A stretch of 64,000 nt of DNA, from NCBI GenBank assembly GCA_045544395.1, contig JAZPYX010000064.1, forward strand, positions 39,411 to 103,410. Reading direction: 5' to 3'. Position 1 is the stretch's first letter. Every line of letters begins with the position of its first letter. Positions 8,382 through 18,982 of this stretch are shown one piece after another. The stretch is from Clostridia bacterium (GTDB lineage: Bacteria > Bacillota > Clostridia > UMGS1883). Below the pieces are notes generated by a model that saw only the letters and a program-made list of their open reading frames with translations, searched no databases and was not told where the DNA came from. Both the position numbers and the translations under genes were made by a program.

Positions 8382-8417
8382 CTCGTCAATTATATCATAT
8401 TTGACGAGAAAAGTCAA
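8382..8417 (-). promoter_or_regulatory. Promoter of the fic gene with an overlapping inverted-repeat operator
   Basis: On the minus strand: TTGACT (8412..8417), a 17-nt spacer, then TATAAT (8389..8394). The inverted repeat CTCGTCAA (8382..8389) / TTGACGAG (8401..8408) straddles the -10 element. Confidence 0.5.
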
Positions 8418-8562
8418 TATAATGAGGTGAAAAACTATATGTATAAAGTTCAAATAAACCGTACATAATAATAAACGAGATGCAGAGCATCCCGTCTATT
8501 ACATATTAATATTTTAGATTGTGCGGTGTATGTATAATATGTCAATTCACCTCGCTTTCTGT

Positions 8563-8706
8563 CTAATTAAGTCGACAAAATTCAAGGCTTTTAGAAGAAA
8601 TTTTCGGGCAAAAATCATTAAAAAACCCCGTAGTTATGCGGTTTGTCGGCTTTTGTCTTATTATAACACGAGCATCTATTCTTCTTACAATTCCTGTTGC
8701 TTTCAT
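8563..8706 (-). pseudogene. AbrB/SpoVT-like gene stub (only the first 11 codons are recognisable)
   Basis: An AAGGAG RBS and an ATG at 8704-8706 encode MKATGIVRRID, identical to the spoVT N-terminus but with different codons. The remaining 36 codons (ARVIIRQKPTNRITTGFF..) have no AbrB-like sequence. Confidence 0.45.
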
Positions 8707-8788
8707 ATTGTAAATGCTCCTTTTGTTTGAATTTACAGTAGTATTGTGTGCAATCAAGGAATTTTTATGTAAGGATTTTTTTAACCTA

Positions 8789-8818
8789 TTTACATTTTCA
8801 GACAATATATGTTATAAT
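8789..8818 (+). promoter_or_regulatory. Sigma-A-type promoter for the NCS2 permease gene
   Basis: TTTACA (8789..8794), an 18-nt spacer, then TATAAT (8813..8818), ~50 nt upstream of the ATG. Confidence 0.45.
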
Positions 8819-8867
8819 AAAAAAACATTAACATTCAACAAATGAAAAACATATAGGAGGTTTTTTT

Positions 8868-10214
8868 ATGGAAAAGTTTTTCAAATTAAAAGAGCGTGGT
8901 ACAAGTGTCCGCACTGAAATCATCGCAGGAATAACAACATTTCTTGCAATGGCATATATTCTTGCAGTTAACCCCGGATACATGGAAATAGCAGGAATTT
9001 CTAAAGGTGCCGCGTTTTCTGCAACTGCAATATCTGCCGGAATAGCAACCCTTTGTATGGCTTTTTTTGCAAACTACCCTATAGCTCTTGCTTCAGGAAT
9101 GGGCATTAACGCGTTCTTTGCGTATACTGTATGCGGTGCAATGGGATATTCCTATAAAGTAGCACTTGCAGCAGTATTTGTTGAAGGTATTATTTTTATG
9201 CTTCTTTCTTTATTTAAATTCCGCGAAGCACTTGTTAACAAGATACCATCTAATCTTAAGTTTGGAATTACTGCAGGAATAGGCCTTTTTATAACTATCA
9301 TCGCACTTTTAAACGCTAAAATTGTAGTTGCCGACCCTGCAACCACGGTTGCTCTTGGAAGCCTTGCTTCACCACAGGTTGTTCTTTCGTTGGTAGGCCT
9401 TCTTACAATTGGCGTTCTTTCTCATTATAAAATCCCCGGAAACATACTTCTTGGCATTATAATTACTTGGATTCTCGGAATTTTAGCTGAGCTTACAGGC
9501 TGGTACGTTCCAGATATTGAAGCAGGTGTTTTTTCAGTAATTCCAACATTTTCAATGACTTCTTTTGAAGCTCCGTTATTCTTTGATTTTGATTTTAATT
9601 TCGTTGTGAAAAATCTTCCCTCTTTCATTGTCGTTGTATTTACATTTCTTTATACTGATATTTTTGATACAGTAGGAACTCTTATCGGTGTTGCCGCAAA
9701 GGGCAATCTTCTTGATAAAAACGGAGAACTTCCCAACGCCAGTGGTGCTCTTATGGCAGATGCTGTAGGTACTGTTACAGGTGCAATCCTCGGCACATCA
9801 ACAGTAACAAGCTTCGTAGAATCAAACGCCGGGGTTGCTACAGGTGGTCGAACAGGTCTTTCTTCACTGGTAACAGGAATACTGTTTTTTGCATCGCTCA
9901 TCCTTGCTCCTGTTTTCACTTCAATTCCCGGATTTGCAACAACCCCTGCTATGCTTTATGTTGGACTTCTTATGCTTTCTTCAGTCAAAAATATTGATTT
10001 TGAATCAGATGTTGCAGATACTATCGGAGCATTTCTTGCAATTATTATGATGCCACTTACATATTCTGTTTCGAATGGTATTATGTTTGCTATGCTCTCA
10101 TGGGTAATCCTCAAAATTTTATGTGGCAAGGCGAAAGAAATCAGCGGAGTTATGTGGGTTTCTGTTGCTCTCTTTGCACTTTTTATAGCACTTAAAGTTA
10201 TTGGGCTTGCGTAA
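8868..10214 (+). CDS. NCS2 family nucleobase permease (adenine/guanine/hypoxanthine type, AzgA/PbuG-like)
   Basis: 448 aa and polytopic. The N-terminus MEKFFKLKERGTSVRTEIIAGITTFLAMAYILAVNP is the typical signature of this family. It has a strong GGAGG RBS. Confidence 0.85.
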   Translation: MEKFFKLKERGTSVRTEIIAGITTFLAMAYILAVNPGYMEIAGISKGAAFSATAISAGIATLCMAFFANYPIALASGMGINAFFAYTVCGAMGYSYKVALAAVFVEGIIFMLLSLFKFREALVNKIPSNLKFGITAGIGLFITIIALLNAKIVVADPATTVALGSLASPQVVLSLVGLLTIGVLSHYKIPGNILLGIIITWILGILAELTGWYVPDIEAGVFSVIPTFSMTSFEAPLFFDFDFNFVVKNLPSFIVVVFTFLYTDIFDTVGTLIGVAAKGNLLDKNGELPNASGALMADAVGTVTGAILGTSTVTSFVESNAGVATGGRTGLSSLVTGILFFASLILAPVFTSIPGFATTPAMLYVGLLMLSSVKNIDFESDVADTIGAFLAIIMMPLTYSVSNGIMFAMLSWVILKILCGKAKEISGVMWVSVALFALFIALKVIGLA

Positions 10215-10237
10215 TATTTATGTTTAATATAAAAAAA

Positions 10238-10280
10238 GACTGCGAGAAATGTTTGCTACCACATTTCCGCAGCCTTTTTT
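10238..10280. terminator. Bidirectional terminator between convergent permease and HAD genes
   Basis: The stem CTGCG(A)GAAATGT / ACATTTCCGCAG is preceded by an A7 run and followed by a T6 run. Confidence 0.7.
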
Positions 10281-11064
10281 ATATTAAACCGTAATATTCT
10301 ATTGCTTTTGTTATTCCCTCGTTAATGACACTGTCCGTAACATATTCCGCTGCTTCTCTCGCTCCTTGAACACATTCTCCCATAGCAATACCATGACATA
10401 CGGTTTTAATCATTTCAATATCGTTTGTTCCATCCCCAAAGGCATAAGTGTTTTCATACGGTATACCAAGCTTTTTAATAACGTTTTTTACGCCAACACC
10501 TTTATTAACACCAGTTATTGAAATATCTGCAGAATTATAAGTTCTGTGGCGGTCGAAAACTACAGTTCCATCAAACTTTCTTTTTATTTCTTCAAATTCT
10601 TCATCAGAATTAAAGAGAACTATCCCCTTGCACACATTGCTTTTTTTGCTTAGTGGCTTCATTATATTTAAAGGAATATTAAAGGTGTTAAGCATAGTTA
10701 TATATGTTTCTGAATTTATATTTCTTACAAATAGTGATTCCTGGTTTTCAAAAGAATATTCAAGATTGAGCTTTTCAAATTCATTTATAAGTTTTTCCAC
10801 AGTTTTATCATCTATGCTTGTGCTGCTGATGGTTTTTCCATTCAGTTCAGAATATGCACCATTTGCCGCCACATAGCCGTCAAAAAATCCGGGAATATCA
10901 GGAATATAGCATTTTGATCTTCCTGTAGCAAGAAAAACAGCGTAACCTTTTTCTTTAAGCTTATACACAGTATTCTTTGTCGTTTCCGTCGGTAAAAAAA
11001 TATTATTTGCTTCATCTGCAAGAGTTCCGTCATAGTCAAAAAATACTGCTCCATTATAATTCAT
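10279..11064 (-). CDS. Cof-type HAD-IIB family hydrolase (sugar phosphatase-like)
   Basis: It has HAD motif I FFDYDGTL and motif IV FGDGTNDIEM. At 261 aa it has the cap size typical of the Cof subfamily. Confidence 0.8.
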   Translation of the reverse strand: MNYNGAVFFDYDGTLADEANNIFLPTETTKNTVYKLKEKGYAVFLATGRSKCYIPDIPGFFDGYVAANGAYSELNGKTISSTSIDDKTVEKLINEFEKLNLEYSFENQESLFVRNINSETYITMLNTFNIPLNIMKPLSKKSNVCKGIVLFNSDEEFEEIKRKFDGTVVFDRHRTYNSADISITGVNKGVGVKNVIKKLGIPYENTYAFGDGTNDIEMIKTVCHGIAMGECVQGAREAAEYVTDSVINEGITKAIEYYGLI

Positions 11065-11101
11065 TTTAATTACTCCTTATCATTGGTACGCTTATTATAC
11101 C

Positions 11102-12223
11102 TTAACTACCTGTTTTTTCAATAGGAATTAGTTTAAAAACAATTTTTTTAATTTTAAATGCAATTTTTTCCCACAAAGTCATTTCTTTTATATCGCTTTC
11201 TGTAACCAGTTCTCTTTGTGCAATCATTTCACCATTGCAATATACCTTTAAAACTCCGGCACTACCGCCTTTTTCAAGCGGTGCTTTTATGTTTTTCAAT
11301 TCAATCTGAGTAGTAATAATATCCTTATCTCCTACCATTACTGAATAGTCATCTTTATAAATAATCTTTACTTTCCTTTGATGCTTTTTATCATATGTTA
11401 CTTCAGTAACTTTGTCGTCTTGTTTCGCTACAGTCTTTAATTTATAATTAGAAAACCCGTAATCGAGCATATATTTATGGTCATTCCAGTCGTCAGGAGC
11501 ATTCAGCGTCACGCAAATCAATCTCATCCCATCTTGTTCTGCACTTGATACAAGACATCTTCCACATTTCTTTGTAAATCCTGTCTTTATGCCATTGCAC
11601 CCCTCATACTGCCAAAGCAGTTTATTATGATTTTTCAGTGCTCTGTCCCAATTTTCTCCCTGCATAGGGATTGAGTATGTTTTGGTAGACACGATTTCCC
11701 TGAACTTCTCATTTTTCATTGCTTCTCTTGCGATAAGTGCAAGGTCAAATGCCGTTGTATAATGCCCTTCTGCATCAAGTCCGTGGGGATTTTTAAAGTT
11801 TGTGTTTACTGCACCAATTCCCATTGCCTTTTTATTCATTAAAAGTGCAAAGGCATCTGCACTTCCACCTAAATGTTCAGCAATTGCAACAGCAGCATCG
11901 TTGCCACTTTTAAGCATTAAACCATATGTTAATTCTTCAAGCGTCAGTTTCTCCCCTATTTTAAGCCATAATGATGAGCCTTCTGTTCCTGATGCAAAGG
12001 CACTTGCCTTTACAGGTTCACCAAGTTTACCACTCTCACAGGCAAGCAAGCCTGTCATTATTTTCGTAGTACTTGCCATAGGCATTTTTTCGTAGGCGTT
12101 GTGTTCGTAAAGCACTCTGCCGCTTGCTCCGTCAATCAGAACGGCACTTTTTGCACTTATTGCACAAACGGTAATTGCTGATATATTTATAGCTAGCAAA
12201 AAAACAAACAGAACTCTTCGCAT
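11102..12223 (-). CDS. D-alanyl-D-alanine carboxypeptidase (peptidase S11, PBP5-type)
   Basis: It has a signal peptide plus the SxxK (ASTTKIMT), SxN (SGND) and KTG (KTGFT) motifs. Confidence 0.85.
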   Translation of the reverse strand: MRRVLFVFLLAINISAITVCAISAKSAVLIDGASGRVLYEHNAYEKMPMASTTKIMTGLLACESGKLGEPVKASAFASGTEGSSLWLKIGEKLTLEELTYGLMLKSGNDAAVAIAEHLGGSADAFALLMNKKAMGIGAVNTNFKNPHGLDAEGHYTTAFDLALIAREAMKNEKFREIVSTKTYSIPMQGENWDRALKNHNKLLWQYEGCNGIKTGFTKKCGRCLVSSAEQDGMRLICVTLNAPDDWNDHKYMLDYGFSNYKLKTVAKQDDKVTEVTYDKKHQRKVKIIYKDDYSVMVGDKDIITTQIELKNIKAPLEKGGSAGVLKVYCNGEMIAQRELVTESDIKEMTLWEKIAFKIKKIVFKLIPIEKTGS

Positions 12224-12227
12224 AGAA

Positions 12228-12268
12228 AAACCCCTTTCTCCACAATATACTATGAAAAAAAGGGGTTT
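12228..12268 (-). promoter_or_regulatory. Hairpin that pairs the carboxypeptidase RBS (terminator and/or translational control)
   Basis: On the minus strand, AAACCCCTT ..23 nt.. AAGGGGTTT is followed by TTCT and the ATG at 12223. The right arm is the only Shine-Dalgarno-like sequence for this gene. Confidence 0.4.
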
Positions 12269-12287
12269 ATACTTTGTTTAATCCGAA

Positions 12288-12698
12288 TTATTTAACGTAT
12301 TTTTTAATTCCGTCAGCAACAACAGCAGGATCCATACTGAGAATAATCTGAATTTCTGCATTGCTTGCATCTGCAATAGGTGCAATTCTATCGAGGAATT
12401 TTTCAAATGCTGCCATATCATCATTTACAATCTTTGTGATACTGTCAACAAAGATGTGTGCAATATCGTAATTCTGTGAAAGAATACCGCAGATAAATCC
12501 AAAGAATTCTTCATATGAGCTGAGTGCATATTCCTCTGTATCAACAAGTCTTACAGTATGTGAAAGATCAAGCACATGTCTCTTTCCCTTATTAACGAAT
12601 ACAACGCTACCTGTGGCAGACTGTTCAGCAGTATGTACCGCCTCAATAAGTCTGGCAGTTTTACCTGTGCCTTTTTCTCCAATAATAACATTAATCAT
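12288..12698 (-). CDS. Small P-loop NTPase-like protein (136 aa), uncharacterised
   Basis: It has the Walker A motif GEKGTGKT at residues 7-14 and a possible Walker B IFVDS. A GGAGGG RBS precedes the start. Confidence 0.55.
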   Translation of the reverse strand: MINVIIGEKGTGKTARLIEAVHTAEQSATGSVVFVNKGKRHVLDLSHTVRLVDTEEYALSSYEEFFGFICGILSQNYDIAHIFVDSITKIVNDDMAAFEKFLDRIAPIADASNAEIQIILSMDPAVVADGIKKYVK

Positions 12699-12740
12699 AG
12701 TGAGCCCTCCTAATATAAATTTGTTGTCTCTCTGGTTACA

Positions 12741-12762
12741 TTATACAATATATATTGTATAA
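12741..12762. repeat. Perfect 22-bp palindrome TTATACAATATATATTGTATAA
   Basis: I verified it by hand as its own reverse complement. It lies in the 86-bp gap between the fumarate hydratase beta gene and the P-loop gene. Confidence 0.6.
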
Positions 12763-12784
12763 AGGCAAGTAATTTTTAAAAATT

Positions 12785-13336
12785 TTAATTAATAATACAA
12801 TATTTTTTTGCAGCCTCCTCATAAATGTTATTTCCTTTACAGTCAATCGCCACAACACAAGGGAAATCTTCGACAGTATATCGGCATACTGCTTCAGTTC
12901 CAAGATCCTCGTAACACAAAATTTCACTCTTTTTAATAGATTTTGAAATAAGTGCAGCTGCACCGCCAATGGCGGCAAAATATACAGCTTTGTTTTTTAT
13001 CATTGCCTCAATTACCTCTTTACTGCGGATACCTTTCCCTATCATACCTTTTAATCCGTTATCAAGAAGAATCGGTGTATATTTATCCATACGATAGCTT
13101 GATGTAGGACCTGCAGGTCCTACTGCATATCCCTCTTTTGCTGGTGCAGGACCAACATAATAAATTATCTGGCCGGAAACTTCTACAGGTAAAGGCTTTC
13201 TTTCAACAAGCAAATCGTAAAACCGTTTATGTGCCGCATCCCTTCCCGTAATGATTTCACCTGTGAGAAGTACACTGTCTCCCGCCATAAGATTTTCAAT
13301 ATCTTCTTTACTAATCGGAAGAGTTATCTTTTTCAT
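12785..13336 (-). CDS. Fe-S hydro-lyase beta subunit (class I fumarate hydratase / tartrate dehydratase type)
   Basis: 183 aa. The segments ..LLTGEIITGRDAAHKR.. and ..VYFAAIGGAAAL.. are typical of the FumA C-terminal/TtdB family. It follows the alpha subunit gene after a 17-nt gap. Confidence 0.85.
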   Translation of the reverse strand: MKKITLPISKEDIENLMAGDSVLLTGEIITGRDAAHKRFYDLLVERKPLPVEVSGQIIYYVGPAPAKEGYAVGPAGPTSSYRMDKYTPILLDNGLKGMIGKGIRSKEVIEAMIKNKAVYFAAIGGAAALISKSIKKSEILCYEDLGTEAVCRYTVEDFPCVVAIDCKGNNIYEEAAKKYCIIN

Positions 13337-13353
13337 ATATTCCCCCCCTTTTT

Positions 13354-16225
<2,872 letters not shown>

Positions 16226-16270
16226 CGAATTGTTTAACCTGTTTACTGCCAGGACTATTTTATTTCATTA

Positions 16271-17416
16271 TCATCTGGCTGAAGTCCATTTTGTTCCATC
16301 AGAAAACTCAACAAAAGCAACCTTCAGATTCTTTATTGAATGAGAATCTTCTCTGACAAGTTCCCATCCAACTCTCTTTTTCTGATAAGGAGCCATCTCA
16401 AGATTTTTAACTTCGTAAGGTTCTGTGCAAACCTCTATAACATTGCCTTCTTCATCACAAACATCAAATTTAAGTCCGAATTTCTGTATTCTGTTGTTGC
16501 TTACATTTCGGTATTCAAATACAACGCGTCTCTTACCGTCTTTTGTATCAAACCAATAATTAATAAATCCAAGCGGAGAACCTGCAGCTTCTCTCCATGT
16601 ATCAACAATGTTTGAACGCAGATATCTGAGCATCGGTACATAGTCTGATTCTGCATTACCGAGTTTTTCGAGAGCCACGTCTACAGCACCGAACGCTGCT
16701 TCGTATTTTTTATCTTCAAGAAGCTTAACTGCACCTAAAGCACTTTTTCCGTCACCAAATGCTGCATAAGCATATACGGCTTCATCAAAAGCAGGATACC
16801 AATCTTCCGCTTTTGCAGCTTCTACATCCGCAGGAGAAATTTTCTTTTGTTCACCGGTATGTGAGTATACGGTTATGTAATTAGCTTCAGGTTTTGTTTT
16901 CGACCATCCTTCACTTTCATACTTTGCAACTTCGCTTAAAAGAACTGCTTTTTCATTACCGCTTGCATCATACATAATCACAGTTTCAGCGTTTGCACCT
17001 TCAAACTTAATCCAACCTAGTGTCTTATAAGCCTCAAGGTCGGCTACAGGCACATTCACAACTGTACCGTCTTTATACTGCACATTAACAGTTGTTTCAA
17101 CAGGCTGTGTAATTACAGGTTCTTTATTTTTTTCCTGCTCTTTTTTCAAATCATCTTCCAGATACCAGCCCACTGCCTGATATGCTTCCACCCTATCAGC
17201 AGGAACTACAAGGTCTCTTCCATCAAGAGCATACATAGTAACAGGTTTTTCTAAAAACCATCCCATACCATCAGCAATATACAGCTCAACCTCTTCACTT
17301 TCAACCTCAATCGTTCTTCCGTCAAGAGCGTAAAGTTCAGTTGTTTCGGCAAAGGCGGAAGTAGCCATCATAAGAGAAGCCGAAACACAAATCAACGATT
17401 TAAAACATTTTTTCAT
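16271..17416 (-). CDS. Secreted protein with five tandem ~27-aa Y-x-x-DG...V...Y...GW repeats, uncharacterised
   Basis: It has the signal peptide MKKCFKSLICVSASLMMATSAFA. The five repeats are listed in findings. The ~170-aa C-terminal domain is unrecognised. The start could instead be the GTG at 17425. Confidence 0.6.
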   Translation of the reverse strand: MKKCFKSLICVSASLMMATSAFAETTELYALDGRTIEVESEEVELYIADGMGWFLEKPVTMYALDGRDLVVPADRVEAYQAVGWYLEDDLKKEQEKNKEPVITQPVETTVNVQYKDGTVVNVPVADLEAYKTLGWIKFEGANAETVIMYDASGNEKAVLLSEVAKYESEGWSKTKPEANYITVYSHTGEQKKISPADVEAAKAEDWYPAFDEAVYAYAAFGDGKSALGAVKLLEDKKYEAAFGAVDVALEKLGNAESDYVPMLRYLRSNIVDTWREAAGSPLGFINYWFDTKDGKRRVVFEYRNVSNNRIQKFGLKFDVCDEEGNVIEVCTEPYEVKNLEMAPYQKKRVGWELVREDSHSIKNLKVAFVEFSDGTKWTSAR

Positions 17417-17460
17417 ATCTTTCACATTTCCTTTCGTCAGTATTTTACTTTTCTAAGATG

Positions 17461-17489
17461 ATTATACTCCTTTTTAACCCTTAGGTCAA
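17461..17489 (-). promoter_or_regulatory. Sigma-A-type promoter for the repeat-protein gene
   Basis: On the minus strand: TTGACC (17484..17489), a 17-nt spacer, then TATAAT (17461..17466). Confidence 0.5.
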
Positions 17490-17558
17490 CAATTATTTTA
17501 AACAACTTTTTTATTTTACCATTTATTTAAATTTGCGTAAGATTACACCATAACCTTA

Positions 17559-17587
17559 TTGACATTATACAACATTTGAAGTATAAT
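17559..17587 (+). promoter_or_regulatory. Consensus sigma-A promoter for the rhaB-to-SPFH operon
   Basis: TTGACA (17559..17564), a 17-nt spacer, then TATAAT (17582..17587). Confidence 0.6.
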
Positions 17588-17636
17588 TGGTTATAATAAT
17601 TACAATGATAAAATTGTATAAAAAGGAGTGTTTTTA

Positions 17637-18956
17637 ATGTCATATCTTGCAATTGATATTGGTGCTTCAAGCGGCCGACATATGCTTGGAAAAAAAGTTA
17701 ACGGAAAAATAGAATTAACAGAGGTTTATCGTTTTAAAAACGGTCCCAAAATGAAAAACGGTCATTATTGCTGGGATCATGAGCAACTTTTTTCTGACAT
17801 TATTGCCGGCATGAAAAAATGCAGCGAAATGGGTGAAATCCCCGAAAGTGTTGCTATTGACTGTTTCGGCGTCGATTTTGCTCTGCTTGACGAAAACGAT
17901 AATCTTATCGGAGACACGGTTTCTTACCGCGACGAAAGAACAACCGCATCGCGTCAGGAAGTTTTTAAAATCATAAGTGAGGAAGATTTGTTTGAACGTA
18001 CGGGTGTGGCTTCTCAGCCCTTTAACACTATTTATCAGCTCTACGCTGTAAAAATGGAATCTCCCGATGATCTTAAGAAAGCAAAAACTTGTCTTCTTCT
18101 TCCCGAATACTTCAACTTCCTTCTCTCCGGCGTAAAGATGAATGAATTTACAATCGGTTCCACAACACAGCTTCTCAACGCAAAAACAAAAGAATATGAC
18201 AAGGAGCTTCTCGAAATGCTCGGAATTCCTTCGGATATTTTCGGAAAGCTTCATATGCCTTCAACAGTTGTCGGTGAGCTTCTTCCTGAAATCCAGGAAA
18301 AAGTAGGCTATAACTGTAAGGTTGTTCTTGCTGCAGGTCACGATACAGCATCTGCTGTTATGACAGTTCCGAATGAAGATGATGCAATATACATCAGCAG
18401 TGGTACATGGTCACTTATGGGTGTGCTTCTTGAAAATGCAATATGTACAGACCGTGCAAGAGAGGCCGGTCTTACAAACGAAGGAGCGTTCGACGGAAAA
18501 GTGCGTTTTCTTAAAAATATTACCGGTTTCTGGGTTGTTAATCAGCTTCGTGAACAAATCCCGATCCATGAAAGTTTCGGTGAAATGTGTGTAATGGCAG
18601 AAAACACTTCTTACACTACTCCCGTAGATATAAACAGCGACCTGCTCTTTGCTCCTAAAAACATGCAGGAAGCAGTTCTTTTACAGCTTGAAAGACAAGG
18701 TGCTCCCAAACCCAAAAACGTTGCTGAACTCCTTGCTTCTGTATACCACGGTATGGCGAACGGCTATAAGCAGGCAGTGCTTGAACTTGAAGAACTTACG
18801 CAAAGAACTTATAACACAATTTACATTATCGGTGGAGGTAGTCTTAATACACTTGTAAACAGACTTACTGAAGAATACACAGGCAAAAAAGTTGTTGCAT
18901 GGGAAGTTGAAGCTACTGCAATAGGAAATATTATGGCACAGGAATCTGCTAAATAA
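17637..18956 (+). CDS. rhaB: Rhamnulokinase-like FGGY carbohydrate kinase
   Basis: The segments ..AIDIGASSGRHM.., ..IDCFGVDFALLD.., ..SSGTWSLMG.. and ..TNEGAFDGKVRFLKNITGFW.. match the RhaB pattern. The ATG at 17637 follows an AAGGAG RBS. Confidence 0.7.
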   Translation: MSYLAIDIGASSGRHMLGKKVNGKIELTEVYRFKNGPKMKNGHYCWDHEQLFSDIIAGMKKCSEMGEIPESVAIDCFGVDFALLDENDNLIGDTVSYRDERTTASRQEVFKIISEEDLFERTGVASQPFNTIYQLYAVKMESPDDLKKAKTCLLLPEYFNFLLSGVKMNEFTIGSTTQLLNAKTKEYDKELLEMLGIPSDIFGKLHMPSTVVGELLPEIQEKVGYNCKVVLAAGHDTASAVMTVPNEDDAIYISSGTWSLMGVLLENAICTDRAREAGLTNEGAFDGKVRFLKNITGFWVVNQLREQIPIHESFGEMCVMAENTSYTTPVDINSDLLFAPKNMQEAVLLQLERQGAPKPKNVAELLASVYHGMANGYKQAVLELEELTQRTYNTIYIIGGGSLNTLVNRLTEEYTGKKVVAWEVEATAIGNIMAQESAK

Positions 18957-18982
18957 TATTTATCTGTAAGAGGTGTCCGTCA

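Noticed and set aside
8238-8453. 71-aa minus-strand ORF spanning the fic promoter and 5' end
   Set aside because: It is in a different frame from fic and would begin upstream of the predicted promoter. It has no RBS and a hydrophobic low-complexity translation.
8707-8867. Possible purine riboswitch upstream of the NCS2 nucleobase permease
   Set aside because: I looked for the conserved purine-riboswitch loop and junction sequences (UAUAAU..GGAUAUGG..CUACC..) and found none. The region holds only a promoter-like TTTACA-N18-TATAAT and the RBS.
12736-12978. 80-aa minus-strand ORF overlapping the 3' end of the fumarate hydratase beta gene
   Set aside because: It is out of frame with a strongly supported gene, has no RBS, and runs through the 22-bp palindrome. 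It is a shadow ORF.
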